From contig CM102289.1 in the NCBI GenBank assembly GCA_046563655.1, forward strand, positions 744,001 through 808,000: a stretch of DNA of 64,000 nt. Reading direction: 5' to 3'. A model generated the notes under the pieces. That model saw only the letters and a program-made list of their open reading frames with translations. It was not told where the DNA came from and searched no databases. The position numbers and the translations under genes were made by a program. This DNA comes from Yuukianura sp. NJ FZ-2021 (lineage: Eukaryota). Shown piece by piece: positions 15,001-27,000 of the stretch (position 1 is its first letter; every line of letters begins with the position of its first letter).

Positions 15001-18000
15001 TACAGTTCTTAAATCTACCTCCAGTTGTGCATAAATCCACTTTTTCTTTTTATTCACCAAGGATTTTCCACTTTCACGTTTCACAGCTCGCAGTTTTGAG
15101 TCAACGACTATAAGTTCATGATAATTGTCACATTCCACCAAGGAATAAATGGTTCGAGGTTTAAACATTAATTCCTGCTACAACTAGTGCAGTACCTTAT
15201 TCTGGTACACCATTCTGGTTTTCTGGTACAGTATTCTGGTAATGTTAGGAATGTATACAATGTTGAGTGTAGTTTTGGAGAGTAATTATCATTTATTTAT
15301 GGCCCACCAGCAAATGAACTGGTCTCAATTGAGGCAACACTCCAAACACTGTCACCATTAATCTCCTTCCCGCTCTTTTCCAGCGTCTCCCCAAATGTCA
15401 CTGGAGTCGCCTTCTCATTTGTCTTTTTCCGCTCTTGCTCTGTGTCCAGCCAAAGCTTAGAAGCTCCAGATTTATTTTCACGACTTCAACTGTACCCAGC
15501 ACTCCATCTAAGTCCAAAGTAAACACAAAGTACTTTTAGTTTAAACTGCGCCTGCGCCTCAGGGCACAGAAATCCGATCCTTAAACTCACCTGGAAGCTG
15601 TGGAACTTCAACCTAAAGCAAAACAGGAAACAGATACTTGAGAAAAGAAACAATCTTGGCAAAAACGCGTTAGAGATAGAAAAAAATGGAATTTTTTGGA
15701 ATTCGATACTTTTGTGCAAAAACGAAAATTTTTGGAGCCAAACGCAATTTGAGGGAGATCCGGTGTCAATCCCATCAGCTTCGGCTGAACGCCTTCTCAA
15801 ATTTCTCACTTTGCCCCCAACACGCCGCAGGAAGCGTAACACAACTTTCTTCCCATTCCAATTACATTTGCACCGCTTGAGCTTCCTCTTTCCAATGTGC
15901 GCAGATGCATTTCACAATACATTCTGAAATATACCGTAAAACTTCCATTATGCACCCGGTGCTGCAAAATTTCCAACCTGTGTATTTAATACCGTAATAT
16001 TTCCAATATGTGTCCGTTAAAGCAAAATTTGATCAACTATACTTACAGGAGTACAAAAAAATTTTGAACATGTTCACGGTACCTCAAAACTTTTAACACA
16101 TGCTTACAGTAGTACCAACAATTTGTAGTGCGCTTTCGGTACCGCAAAGGTTCTAATAGGTACCAGACCCTCATTTCCTCTCACTAAAAAATTCAGAAAA
16201 AATAGAGTAAAGCGGTTTCAGAAAGTGGAAATTGATACCATGAGTAAATTTGAAACAGTCCTGGTTCTTATTGGAGCTTTACGGTATTTCATCTCGTGTG
16301 TTGCAATATGTCATTGACTTTTTTGAAAAAAAAAGTTTCCCGGTGATTTCTTCCGCTTTTTTCCAACAAAAGTTGAGGTGTGGAAACCTTGGGAGTGGAT
16401 TAACAAAAGACGATGTTGGGAATTAGTGCTATAATTCATTTAGAATTATCTCAGTGAGAGATGCGTTTTGTGCTCAAAGATGAATTTCCCTTTTCCACAC
16501 ATGGGAGAGAGTGTTCAACTGCATTCGAGCGTTCCTCAGTTCGAATCCCAGAGTGAGGAAAATGGAAGTGCGGAAAAAGTAAGGGGGGTCTACATTCCCT
16601 TCCTGCGTTTCATGAAAAAGTACAAAGAAGTGAAGATGGCACAGGGAAATCATTAAAAAGTGTACTCAGGCCCCCTGCAGGGCCCCTTTTCTACCTGATG
16701 CTCCAAGGGGTCTCCTCTCTTCCGTGTCCAAAAACTGAAGATGACAAAAAAGTAATCTGCACCCTTGCGGTTCGCCTCCAATTTGAAAAAAAAAATGAAA
16801 GAAAAATTATTAACACTCCAACATTCGCTTTTTAAAGACACATTTTAATGCGGTTTTCGTTTAAAAAAAGACACTTGAAGCAGAAACTGATTTTCTCACA
16901 AAGCTATAATTGTCAATATGTCTCATTCGACATTTCTTATTGTACGCGGTAAATGAAAAACACAATATTATATTATATATTGCTACATATATAATATATA
17001 ATACAATATATGTAATATTATATTCGTTGTGCACAGTACGGTTAGTTATACTTTGTATTCGTATTTCGATGCTTCAATAAGGCTTGAACCAATCAGCGTA
17101 ACCGTAGAATTGGTTGACGTTGAGCTTGATCTGTTCAGCCCTCTTGCAAACTTAAATTCTGACACGTTTGGCTTTTTTGGTGCGTTGATATAAATTTCGG
17201 GTATGCAGCTCAAGTCGTTAAGGCCTTTGACAACCGCAGGAACAAATATTTTTCTCCCGTATTGAAGAAAACGCAGCGTCTCTTCATCCCAAGGCGGAGG
17301 AATTTGTCTTTTATAAAATGGTCCTAAAGTGATCAAAATATCATAAAATACAATTGGTAGGTATCCGTACTGACTGATCCGAAAATTTAAAAATATATGT
17401 ACTTACTGTAATCTGCGAGCCAAAGCGGGTAATTGTTAAAGTTGTACTTGGTTGCATTGATGTAGTAACGGAAAGATTCATTATTGGTGTAAACCATAGG
17501 GAAAATGTTTAGTTTTGTGACCAGTAACTCCAGTAGAGTTATGAGTCGATCAGCCATTTCATTCGGAAGAACTCTGCCAGGACCGGGAAAAAACCCGGGA
17601 TCATGGAATTTCTCATTCTTCTCAAAATCCACTGCAAATAGATCTCTAGTCGGTGAAAAGTCTACTTTCCGAAGATTCCTTGCAATGTTGTCAATTTGTT
17701 CCTGGGGCGTGGCTGTCGTTGTAAAGTAATGATAAGCCCCTAGAACACAATCCAACTCAAATCATTTAAAATGTAAGCAATGAACAATGTGAGGTTCAGA
17801 GGTCACATTGGCTTGATGGCGAAGTGAAAGATAGTGATAAAAAATATTGGAACCGAATGGGATTCGAACCCACGTCTCTTCTATCTCGGAAGTGCTCTGA
17901 CCCTTGAGCTATCCTCAACTTTGGTGATTGGCATGGGGTCATGGGGACTATTGCCAAACGCTTCAAAACTGTGTTTATAGAAATTCCCTATTTTTCGAAG

Positions 18001-21000
18001 TTTTAAACAAAAAACATTAGTTTGTACATGGTTAAACGTACCATATCCTATTGATGTATTGACAGATCGCATTCCATTCCAGTTGTACACAAATGATTCA
18101 TCGTGTCCAGTTCCACCAGTGGTTGCCTTCAGAATTATCCATAAGAACCTCCAAGATTTCCCAACTTTGGGCCAATCAATTGGGGTTCCGTTGTTGTTCC
18201 AATGTGACAAGTCCCAGCCTTTGTCTGCAAACACAGGACATCGCAGAGCAGCTAGTGCATGCGAAATGAACAAGGCCAAAACCACAATGTACATGAATTT
18301 CATTGTCAATCCTGAAAACACAAACACTTATTTAAATTGATTTTTCATTCAACATTTATATCAATTTTCAATTTGGGACTCTTGAAATCTATTCATTTAA
18401 ATGTTGAAATAATTTCAAATATTTATTTAAACATGAATAAGTTTCAAGAAAGACAGACAAACAGGGAGGCAGACAGACAACGTCAATGCATAAAGCAGCT
18501 TTCGCTACTTAATAAGGGAGACTTACCAGTTCTTCTTGCAAAGAAAGCTCTGTAGATACTGATAGAAGTTGTTGCTACACAACTGTCTTTATAAATCAAA
18601 CCACAATTTGTTTTAGGTACTTTGGATATTGCGCTGGGACTCATTTAACATTGCTTTAATTTTTGATATTTTTTAGAAACGATAGTCTTGAGTACATTCT
18701 CTAAATGTGGAAATACGATAATATTTTTTGGTAGTTCCAAGAAGTTAAATTCGTCAACATCTATGTTTCTAAGAAACGCTAATCGGCTACTCTTATCACT
18801 TGTTTTGACTGCTAGATTCTGCAGGTCACTTGACATTGTAAAAATGACTTTTTCATGAATTTATAACACTTTAAATACTTTTTTAAAGTTATTTCCAAAC
18901 TAAAAAGTACAAAGAAGTGAAGATGGCACAGTGAAATCATTAAAAAGTGTACGCAGGCCCCCTGCAGGGCCCCTTTTCTACCTTCAAGGGCCCCCCTCCT
19001 CCCTTCCGTGTTCAAAAACTGAAGATGACAAAAAAGTAATCTGCACCCTTGCGGTTCGACTCCAATTTCAAAAAAATGACATGAAAGAAAGAATTTTTAC
19101 ACTCCAGCATTCACTTTTTAAAGACGCATTTTTATGTGGTTTTGGTTTGAAAAGAGACACTTGAAGCAGAAACTGGTTTTTAATGAATCACACAACACTT
19201 GTCTTAGAAATCCATTGTTCTCTGGGATAACAAAAAAAAACGAAGTCAATTGTTTTCAAAAGATTTCAAAATTTTTTTGAACTCCAAAAACACATCTCAA
19301 GCGGATGTCATTTCACTTCCTTTCAATTCACTTTAGAAATCATTCACTTGGAAATTTTTTTTTTCAAAGGAACTAGTATTTTTATGCAAATAAATCCCCC
19401 AAGGCCAAAATTTATCAAAAGTGCAGTGCATTTTTTAACATCTTTGGAACGGAAACTGAAACTGCATAATTCAAAATTTAAAACTTGAAAAAAGTTAAAT
19501 TTTTGATAACAAAGGAAAGACTTTTGCGTGTTTTGAATTATAGCGGGACCAGTAAATTTGAAAAACACATTCAGAGTTGTGCACCGGACAAAAGCGCGCC
19601 AAAATTTCAATGTTTAAATTGACTTTTAGTTTTTGAATGTTTAAATTCCCTTTCGTTTTGAGATATTTTCCATTTGACTTTCACCCCTCAGCATACTAAT
19701 CAGGAGTTATTATTTTATTAGCATTGGGATTTCGGATTTCCATTTCCCCTCTTGCACTATTTGCTCTTCGTTTTCATTAGTTAGAGAGTTGGATTCTCCA
19801 TTGAACAGTTTCTGTGCCATGTCCTTTGGTTTTCAAAATTAAGTGAAAGTGCGGGAGATTTAAATGTGGTTTACTTTCACTGTTTCTCTCCACTCCAATA
19901 GTTACTCCCGCCGTCTCTCAAAACAAACCAATAGTTACTCCCACCATCTCCTTTTATTGTGTCTCTCATGTGGGTTTCATGTCTACTCTCCATGGAAATG
20001 GATAATTAGATGGAATCGGGCTCTATATTGACTCTCTCCGCGTGCCCACTTCCACTAAAACGCTAAAACCATAAGGTAAAAACCTACTTTTGGTTAGGCT
20101 AACATTAACCTAACGTTCGCTTAGCCTAATCTTAGCCTAACGCTCAGTTTAGGCTTAGATGGAGGGTTAGTGTCTCGTTAGAAGGTGAATTCCCTCAAGC
20201 CCAAATCCAAGAGCGGGTGATTTGAACCCAACTGGATTGGTTGAAGTACGGCTGAATTGGTTGACGTAAGGCCGGCTCGGTTGAAGTAAGGAGGGAGTGG
20301 TGAATGGTTTAAAGTCGGACTGTGCTATTTACTGATCGTTCTCTCAGATTGGACTTTATGTCCATCATCTATCAAAAACAAACGAACGAGGAGGGAACAC
20401 TTGACAGCACTCCCCCAAAGCACACAACACACACGCTCCCCTCAATAAATTCCAACTTACAACGTACACATTCCTCAAAAGCTGCTTTTTTCTTGTACTT
20501 TTTGTGGACAGCACTGTACAAATGGTCACCAGAAATTAAGTAGTTGAGTACACTTAAATTTAAAAGTTCAGACTTCCCGCTGTTCAGTGGTGCACAGAAA
20601 CCAAGAAACGGTGGAGATAACACGTTGTTTCAAAGTTGAAATTCAAAAAAAAACAAAGTTTATCAAGCAAAAAAAATTCCAAGAAAAAATTCTTCAAGAA
20701 TTTAAAAAAGATTTGGAACTTTGCAAATTCTGTTAGCAGAACTTGAAATTTTTTGCTTCTTTTCTCACAACATTTTTCCTTATTATAATGAAATCTGTGT
20801 GTGTCTGTTCCGATTCTGTCAGTTTAGTTATGATGGCATGAATGGAGCAAAAACCTTTTAGTAAAAATTGTTTAGTAGAAATTTTTTTCGAAAAAAAAAA
20901 TCATGAAAAATTTATAGTTTAACTCAACCTGTCACTTTGTTGTGTAAGTGTCACTGTACATTTTATAGCTCTGTCTTTTAATTTTTTCCTTTGACTTTTT

Positions 21001-24000
21001 TGTGTTGAAGGGTTTTCAAAAAATCCTTGAAAGAACAGGCCCTTAAGGGCTCCATTATAAATCAACTTTTTTTTATTTCTAATTACACCCTAGTTTAAAA
21101 GCAGATTTGGAAAAAGTTTAAGGCTAAAGCAGGGTGCTCACAAAAAAGTTAAGGTAATAAGGCGGGGTAAAAAAAAAAGTTTAGTGGGGCCAAATTCAAA
21201 AGAAAAAAAAGTTTAAAAAAGTTAAGGTGCAGAGTGCAGCGTGCGTGGGGCGAAGGGTTTAAGTCGTCGTTGGGAATGGGATGATGAAGAATCGATATTT
21301 TATTAGCCTGTGTCTCATCCTATTGAATTTTGAAAAGGTGTTTTCCCACTCTTTCTCTCTCCGAATAAGTAAAAGTGATCTCCGTATGTTCATGCAACAC
21401 AACCACCACTACGATTCAATATAAAACTGCCACTACAGAAAGTGGCGGTGGATTTTTGAAATGAAAAAAGAGTGGAGGATTATTAGAATTACTTATGAAT
21501 AAAACATGATCTCTCCTCCAGCCTCTCTTTGCTAAAAGTTCTTGTTCAAACAAAGAGAGGAGGATCAACTCCTACAACTACTCTTCAATTCACTAACCCA
21601 AATAAATGTTACGTTTACAAAGAAACACACACAACTTTTCTACTTCAAAAAGAAAAAAGAGCACGACTTCACTTTTACAAATTGCTACTTATACATAATT
21701 GCTCAAAAGAAAAAAAAAGTAATGGCAGTGAAGCTCAATTCGAAACAATTTGAAATTCAATCACTGATTTTCACTTTTTCTTACAAAACATTTCGTTTTT
21801 TTTAACGCAGTTTTAATTTTTGGAACGCACTTTCACTTTTTCCAATCTTCTACTTTTGTAACGTACTTACAATTCTAGCGTACTCTTCATTAGTATCTGA
21901 CAAAGTTACACTTCTGGCGTAGTTTTTAGTTTCTATGCAACAGACTTACAGTTCTGGCATACTTTTCGTTAGTATGTAACGGACTTACAGTTCCGGCGTA
22001 CTTTTCGTTAGTATATAACTCACAGCATCGTCTTTTAAGTGGTACTGGGAACTAAAAAATTTTCTAAATGGTAGGCTGTTTTTTCTTTTTTGTTGTTGAA
22101 AATCAGCGATTCCGTCACGTCGCTGAATGTCAAGGGCGCATGGGCTAAGCGTGTACTTGAATTTTGAAACTCCCGCTTACTTTTCAACATTTTCAACTGT
22201 AAATTGTTTTGAGACGAGGTTCTAAACAATCCATCTTCTCTGCTTTAGCTCCTTTTCAAGATGCATTTTGGCGCTTGAAATGCTGTTTTAATTTCAAAAT
22301 GTCAGTCACAGGATTCCGGAAGGGTTGCAACTAATTTCCTACCAGAAATGCATATGAGACACTCTGCTCAGCATTAATATGCGTCACAAGTACTTAGAAC
22401 TTGGACTTCTAGAAGCTCTGAGTTCTACGCAGCAGCATTTTAAACTTTCTTTTTAGTTTTCGAAATTGCAAAAAAGCTAAAAATTCCACTTTCAATTTGA
22501 AGTCTCCCCCTTTTCTTTCCTCTTTCTCAGAAAAAGTTTCGAGAAACGGAGGAAATGAGTTTCAAAATGCAGTTTCTATGCCAAGTTGAACTGCATTTCA
22601 GCTGCAAGTCTTTTTTTCGAAAAAGGAATTTCAAAAAACCCGCCCCTTTTGAAAAAAAATGTAAATTTTATTGTCTTGCTTTCCACTCTTTCAAAATGGA
22701 TTGACAAGACACAAGTAATTTCAACTTGACTTCATCCTCTCCCTTTTTAACGGCTTTTTCTATTCACATTTCACGTTTTTTGCAAACATCAACTTTTCTT
22801 TTGCACAAAACTTTTTTTTTACATTCACTTTCTGCCAACTTGCACACATGTTAAAACTTGTGTGATTTTTACGACTTTTTGCAAATTTCAACTTTACGAA
22901 TCTCAAAAGCAGTAAAAGTCTAACATGAAAATGGGGGAGATTCGGGATGAAAAGCAGCTCTCCCCTCCTCTGATGATCGATCTGCTCTCTTCCTCCTTCG
23001 CATAACCTAATGCTAGCCTAACGTTAGCCTAACTGTAGCCTAGCCTAAGTTTAGCCTAACCAAAAACCTAAGTATTTCCGTGAATCTCATCATGGAGGGA
23101 GATACCGTAGAAAGTGCTGTGCCTTTCAGCCTAATTACACTCTGTGAAATGAGGGCCATCATGTCTTCCGATTCTGCTCTTCTGCTTTATTGGTAACATT
23201 CACAGTATAATAAAATAATTTAGAAGTTGGTCGTGGCGGGAACAATGATCAACTTTTGAAAAGCGCGGGAATAACGGCACGAGTGACGAAATACGCGCCA
23301 AAGGCGCGAGTGATGAGATCCCGACCAATAAACCCTTCATTTCCAATTCCAATTTGCCCGCTTAAAAGTTTTATACAAAAAGATTGGAAAATATTACGTT
23401 CTGCGCATTATACGCCTTTTACAGATAAGACGCAGCTGATTTTTTTTAAAAGCACACATTTTTGTACCACCAAATCCAGAAACATAAAGTTTGAAACAAA
23501 AATATTTTAGACAGTCGAAAGTTCAATTTTTTTGTTGAAATGGATCTAAAAGCTTTTCAAAAAAACTATCTCTGTGCGTCGTATGCCCAATGTCATTTTT
23601 TTTTCAAAATGGAAAGAGACACATCGATGTGAGTACTCCCCTGCAGACACTTTGTACAATTTTGAAGAGTGAGTGGTCAATAGGACGTGAATAAGAGGAT
23701 TTGGACAGGTCAACTTGTGTTATCAAAGGTCAAGTGATGATGACAGTTCACATCACGACTATTTTCATCTTTCTAACTAAAAAGTTGGGATGTCCTTGCT
23801 TTTTTATCACTTGAGGTCAATCCAGGTCAAAACTTTCGTGTTTGGCCAACCAAATGCTCAAAATATTGGATTCTTTAACCAACATTTTCAAATTTTGAAC
23901 TTCCTGCTTCTTTTTTTTTCTGTGTTTTATTGATTTTCTGAATTGTGAAAATTGAGTTGATTTGGAGCCATTAATTTATTGCGTGTGACCCTTATAAGGA

Positions 24001-27000
24001 AAATAAGCACAAGCAATAGGCAATGGTCACTCAATTATTTAACGGCGGGAGAAGGCATAAACTCTTTTCAAATTCAAATCAATTGGCGGGGAGTGTAAAT
24101 TGGGCATAGTCAAATATATCTTAAGTGTTTTGTTTACTATTTTAACAGGTAATTGAAAATTTCCGAACCGCGAAATTTACTTTTCGAATTTTCAAATTTT
24201 TCCGGTCTCAAATAACCCACATTTTCTTTCAGTTGCAAATTTACATTTTACAAATTTACAATTTTAGTTTTTACGATTTTACGGTTTTACAGTTTTACGA
24301 TTTTACAATTTTAGAATTTAGAAGTCAAATTTGAAAACACGGTGAATGTTACCGTCAAATATAAAAGTTGAACAAACTAATTTTGTTGCCAGCCGTTGTA
24401 AAATTCAAATTCAAATTTTGAAGTTTTGGCGCCAAAACTTTTCAGTTTATTTTTAAAGTTCAATAAGTTTAGGACTGTCTGAAAAGTGGGTTAGTTGAGT
24501 TTAGTTTTAAGTAGGATAACAACTGCTGCTTGTAATTTGAGCTTCGTGGCGTCCTGGTTTTTGAAAATTACTTTTTGAAAACGACTCTGTGGGAAATTTT
24601 GAAAAAGACAAAATTTCTCGTGCTCAGTCAGAGAAAAAGAGAGTCAGTGACTGTGTGAGTGGAGGAAGAAGGTTGTCTGGTGATATATGAAGATTACTTT
24701 TTCCTTGAGAAGAGTCTACGTTGAGAATAATTTATAAAAGCTTGATTACACTTTCACTGGTGTGTAAGCAGAGGAGGGAAATTTCAAACTTTGGAGCCCA
24801 ACTTTCAAATCTGCTCTGCCGCTCTTTTCCTTTCTGACCTACTAACACTAACTCCAGCCTTGTTCCTTCCATAGGTTCAATATTACAAGAGAGGGAGAGA
24901 GGGAAAGTTTAATTAAGAATAATTAGAGTGACACATGTTGTACTACTACATTAGATTAGTAGTTACTCCCTCCGCCTTCGTAGTTACTCCCTCCGTAGTT
25001 ACTCCCGCTCTTTTCTTAGCTGCCTCTTCAGCCTTTGTAGCTAAACTCTCACTACGTTTAATAGTTACTCCCTCTGCCTTTGTAACTTTTCAGAGTTTAG
25101 TTACTCTCCCTGTTTTTGTACTAAATATACTGCGTTTAGTAGTTACTCCCTTCGGTTTTTGTTTTAAAGTTTCCGTTTTCAGTAGTTACTCCGTCCGTTT
25201 TTGTACAATATGCACTGCGGATAGTAGTTACTCCCTCCGTTTTTGTACGAAATACTTTGCTTCTAGCTACTCCTTCCATTTTTATAGCAAATATTCCGTT
25301 TTTAGTAGTTACTCCCTCCATTTTTTTTTGTTCAAAATTTTTCGTTTTGAGTAGTTACTCCCATTGTTTGTGTAACGATTCTACGATCAGTAGTTACTCC
25401 CTCTGCCTCTGTTAGGTGTTTTGCCTGTAGTAGTTACTCCCTCCGTTTTTGTTTAGAATTTATCGTATATCTGTAGTTACTCCTTCTGCCTGAAATTAAA
25501 GAAGCGGGGAAGTGACAACGCCAAAGTCTGTTTTCTGTCGTTTCTGGTTAGAATTTTGTGGATGGAGAAAGTGGATGTGGTGTACAACTCTAGTTTTCTC
25601 TCAAATTCTCTCAAATTGTGAAATGCACGAGGGAAAGTTAGGTTCGTTTTCCCCTCCACTTCATTAATCTGGTTCAAATAAAATCCATGGATTTTCTACA
25701 TCGGACCCACTGAAATAGTTAACGTGAAAAATCGGCCGAAATCCCACGTTTCACTTATTGTGTCCCTCATTTCATTGGATTTGATTGCCCCCTCATAAGA
25801 GTCCAATCAACCTAAAATCCTCTCTTCTTTTCAATTCGTCATCCACTTTTTTTAGATGAAATGTTAGGCTTTTAGTCTAACGGTTAGGCTAAAAACCTAA
25901 CGAAGAGAGCAAAAGTTAGGTTTTGGGGAAACTTTCTGCTCCTAATGATCACTTCCATATCGATTTTTGGATCTATTCAAACTCTGCCGCACTTTCTCCT
26001 TGGTCAGCATCTTAACTCATCTTTTTCATCGGTTTGACATTTGGAGAGAAAAGGGCAGTAAAAGGAAGCTTTCGTTTCTTGGCTTTCTATCGTCAGCAAT
26101 CCAACGGTTGCGGATTTGTGACTATTCAGACGATTAGAGGGGGAACCAATTACCCGTGATTTCCGATTTCTCAAAAAATATCATCAAAAAAACGGGAGAA
26201 AAGAGAAAATTGGTTTCTTATGGACAGCCCATTTCGATAAAACTTTTTGAAATCTTGTCATTACTCCCCCTCCAAAAAGTGTCAACGACCTTTGAATAGT
26301 CTAAGAACCTATCATTACTAAAGAGCCCATTAGAAAGCATTTTCTACAACATTTCAAGTTTTGAAAACTTCCTGCCAAGCAATTTCCAACTTAAATTTCA
26401 TCAAAAATATCAAAATTTCGAAAATTTACTGCTAAAAAGAGAAAGTTTTCGGGAGTAAAAGTTCACCCAAAACAAATTTCGGGTGTTTTTGATGACAAAT
26501 CGAAAAAAGTCGAGATAATTTTAGACTTAAAAATTTTAAATAAAAATAAATTTACATGACAATTGGAAATTTTCCTTTCGTGTACCGAGCGCGGTACGCG
26601 TCCGCTGTACACGAAAGCACACGAATATTTGACGAAAAATACAAAATTTTAAGAAGGAAAAGTTTGACTTCGCGAAGAATTTTTGAGTTTTTGCTTTTCT
26701 GAGCGAAATCTGTGTATTGGATGAGAAAACTCAAAATTTTTGTTACTTTCCAAATTAAATTCTGCTGCTTCAGCATTTGGATTTTTTTTTAGAAGTGAAA
26801 CTTTTTTTTTGGAGCCAAAATTTAAACTGGCTCTGGGATTCGAACAGACGGCCGCGATGAGTCAGAGTGATCCTAATATTTCATGATCAGCGCAACTGAC
26901 ACGCTGGAGTTATGACAGAATTTGTTGGTCATTGGAGGCGTCTGGATTAAGTACCCCCCCCCCCTTATTTTTCCATTCAAAAGCTTAATTACAGTCGACA

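Noticed and set aside
88..16600. Many 60-130 aa ORFs in the ORF track
   Set aside because: Low-complexity F/K/L-rich translations of AT-rich intron or repeats, mostly with non-ATG starts and no recognisable motifs.
16615..19180. LTR retrotransposon
   Set aside because: The repeats lack TG..CA ends, PBS/PPT and a flanking TSD, and the interior has no gag/pol and retains introns.
24957..25490. CRISPR-like repeat/spacer appearance
   Set aside because: Eukaryotic intron, no cas genes, repeats are degenerate and spacers resemble each other; treated as a minisatellite.
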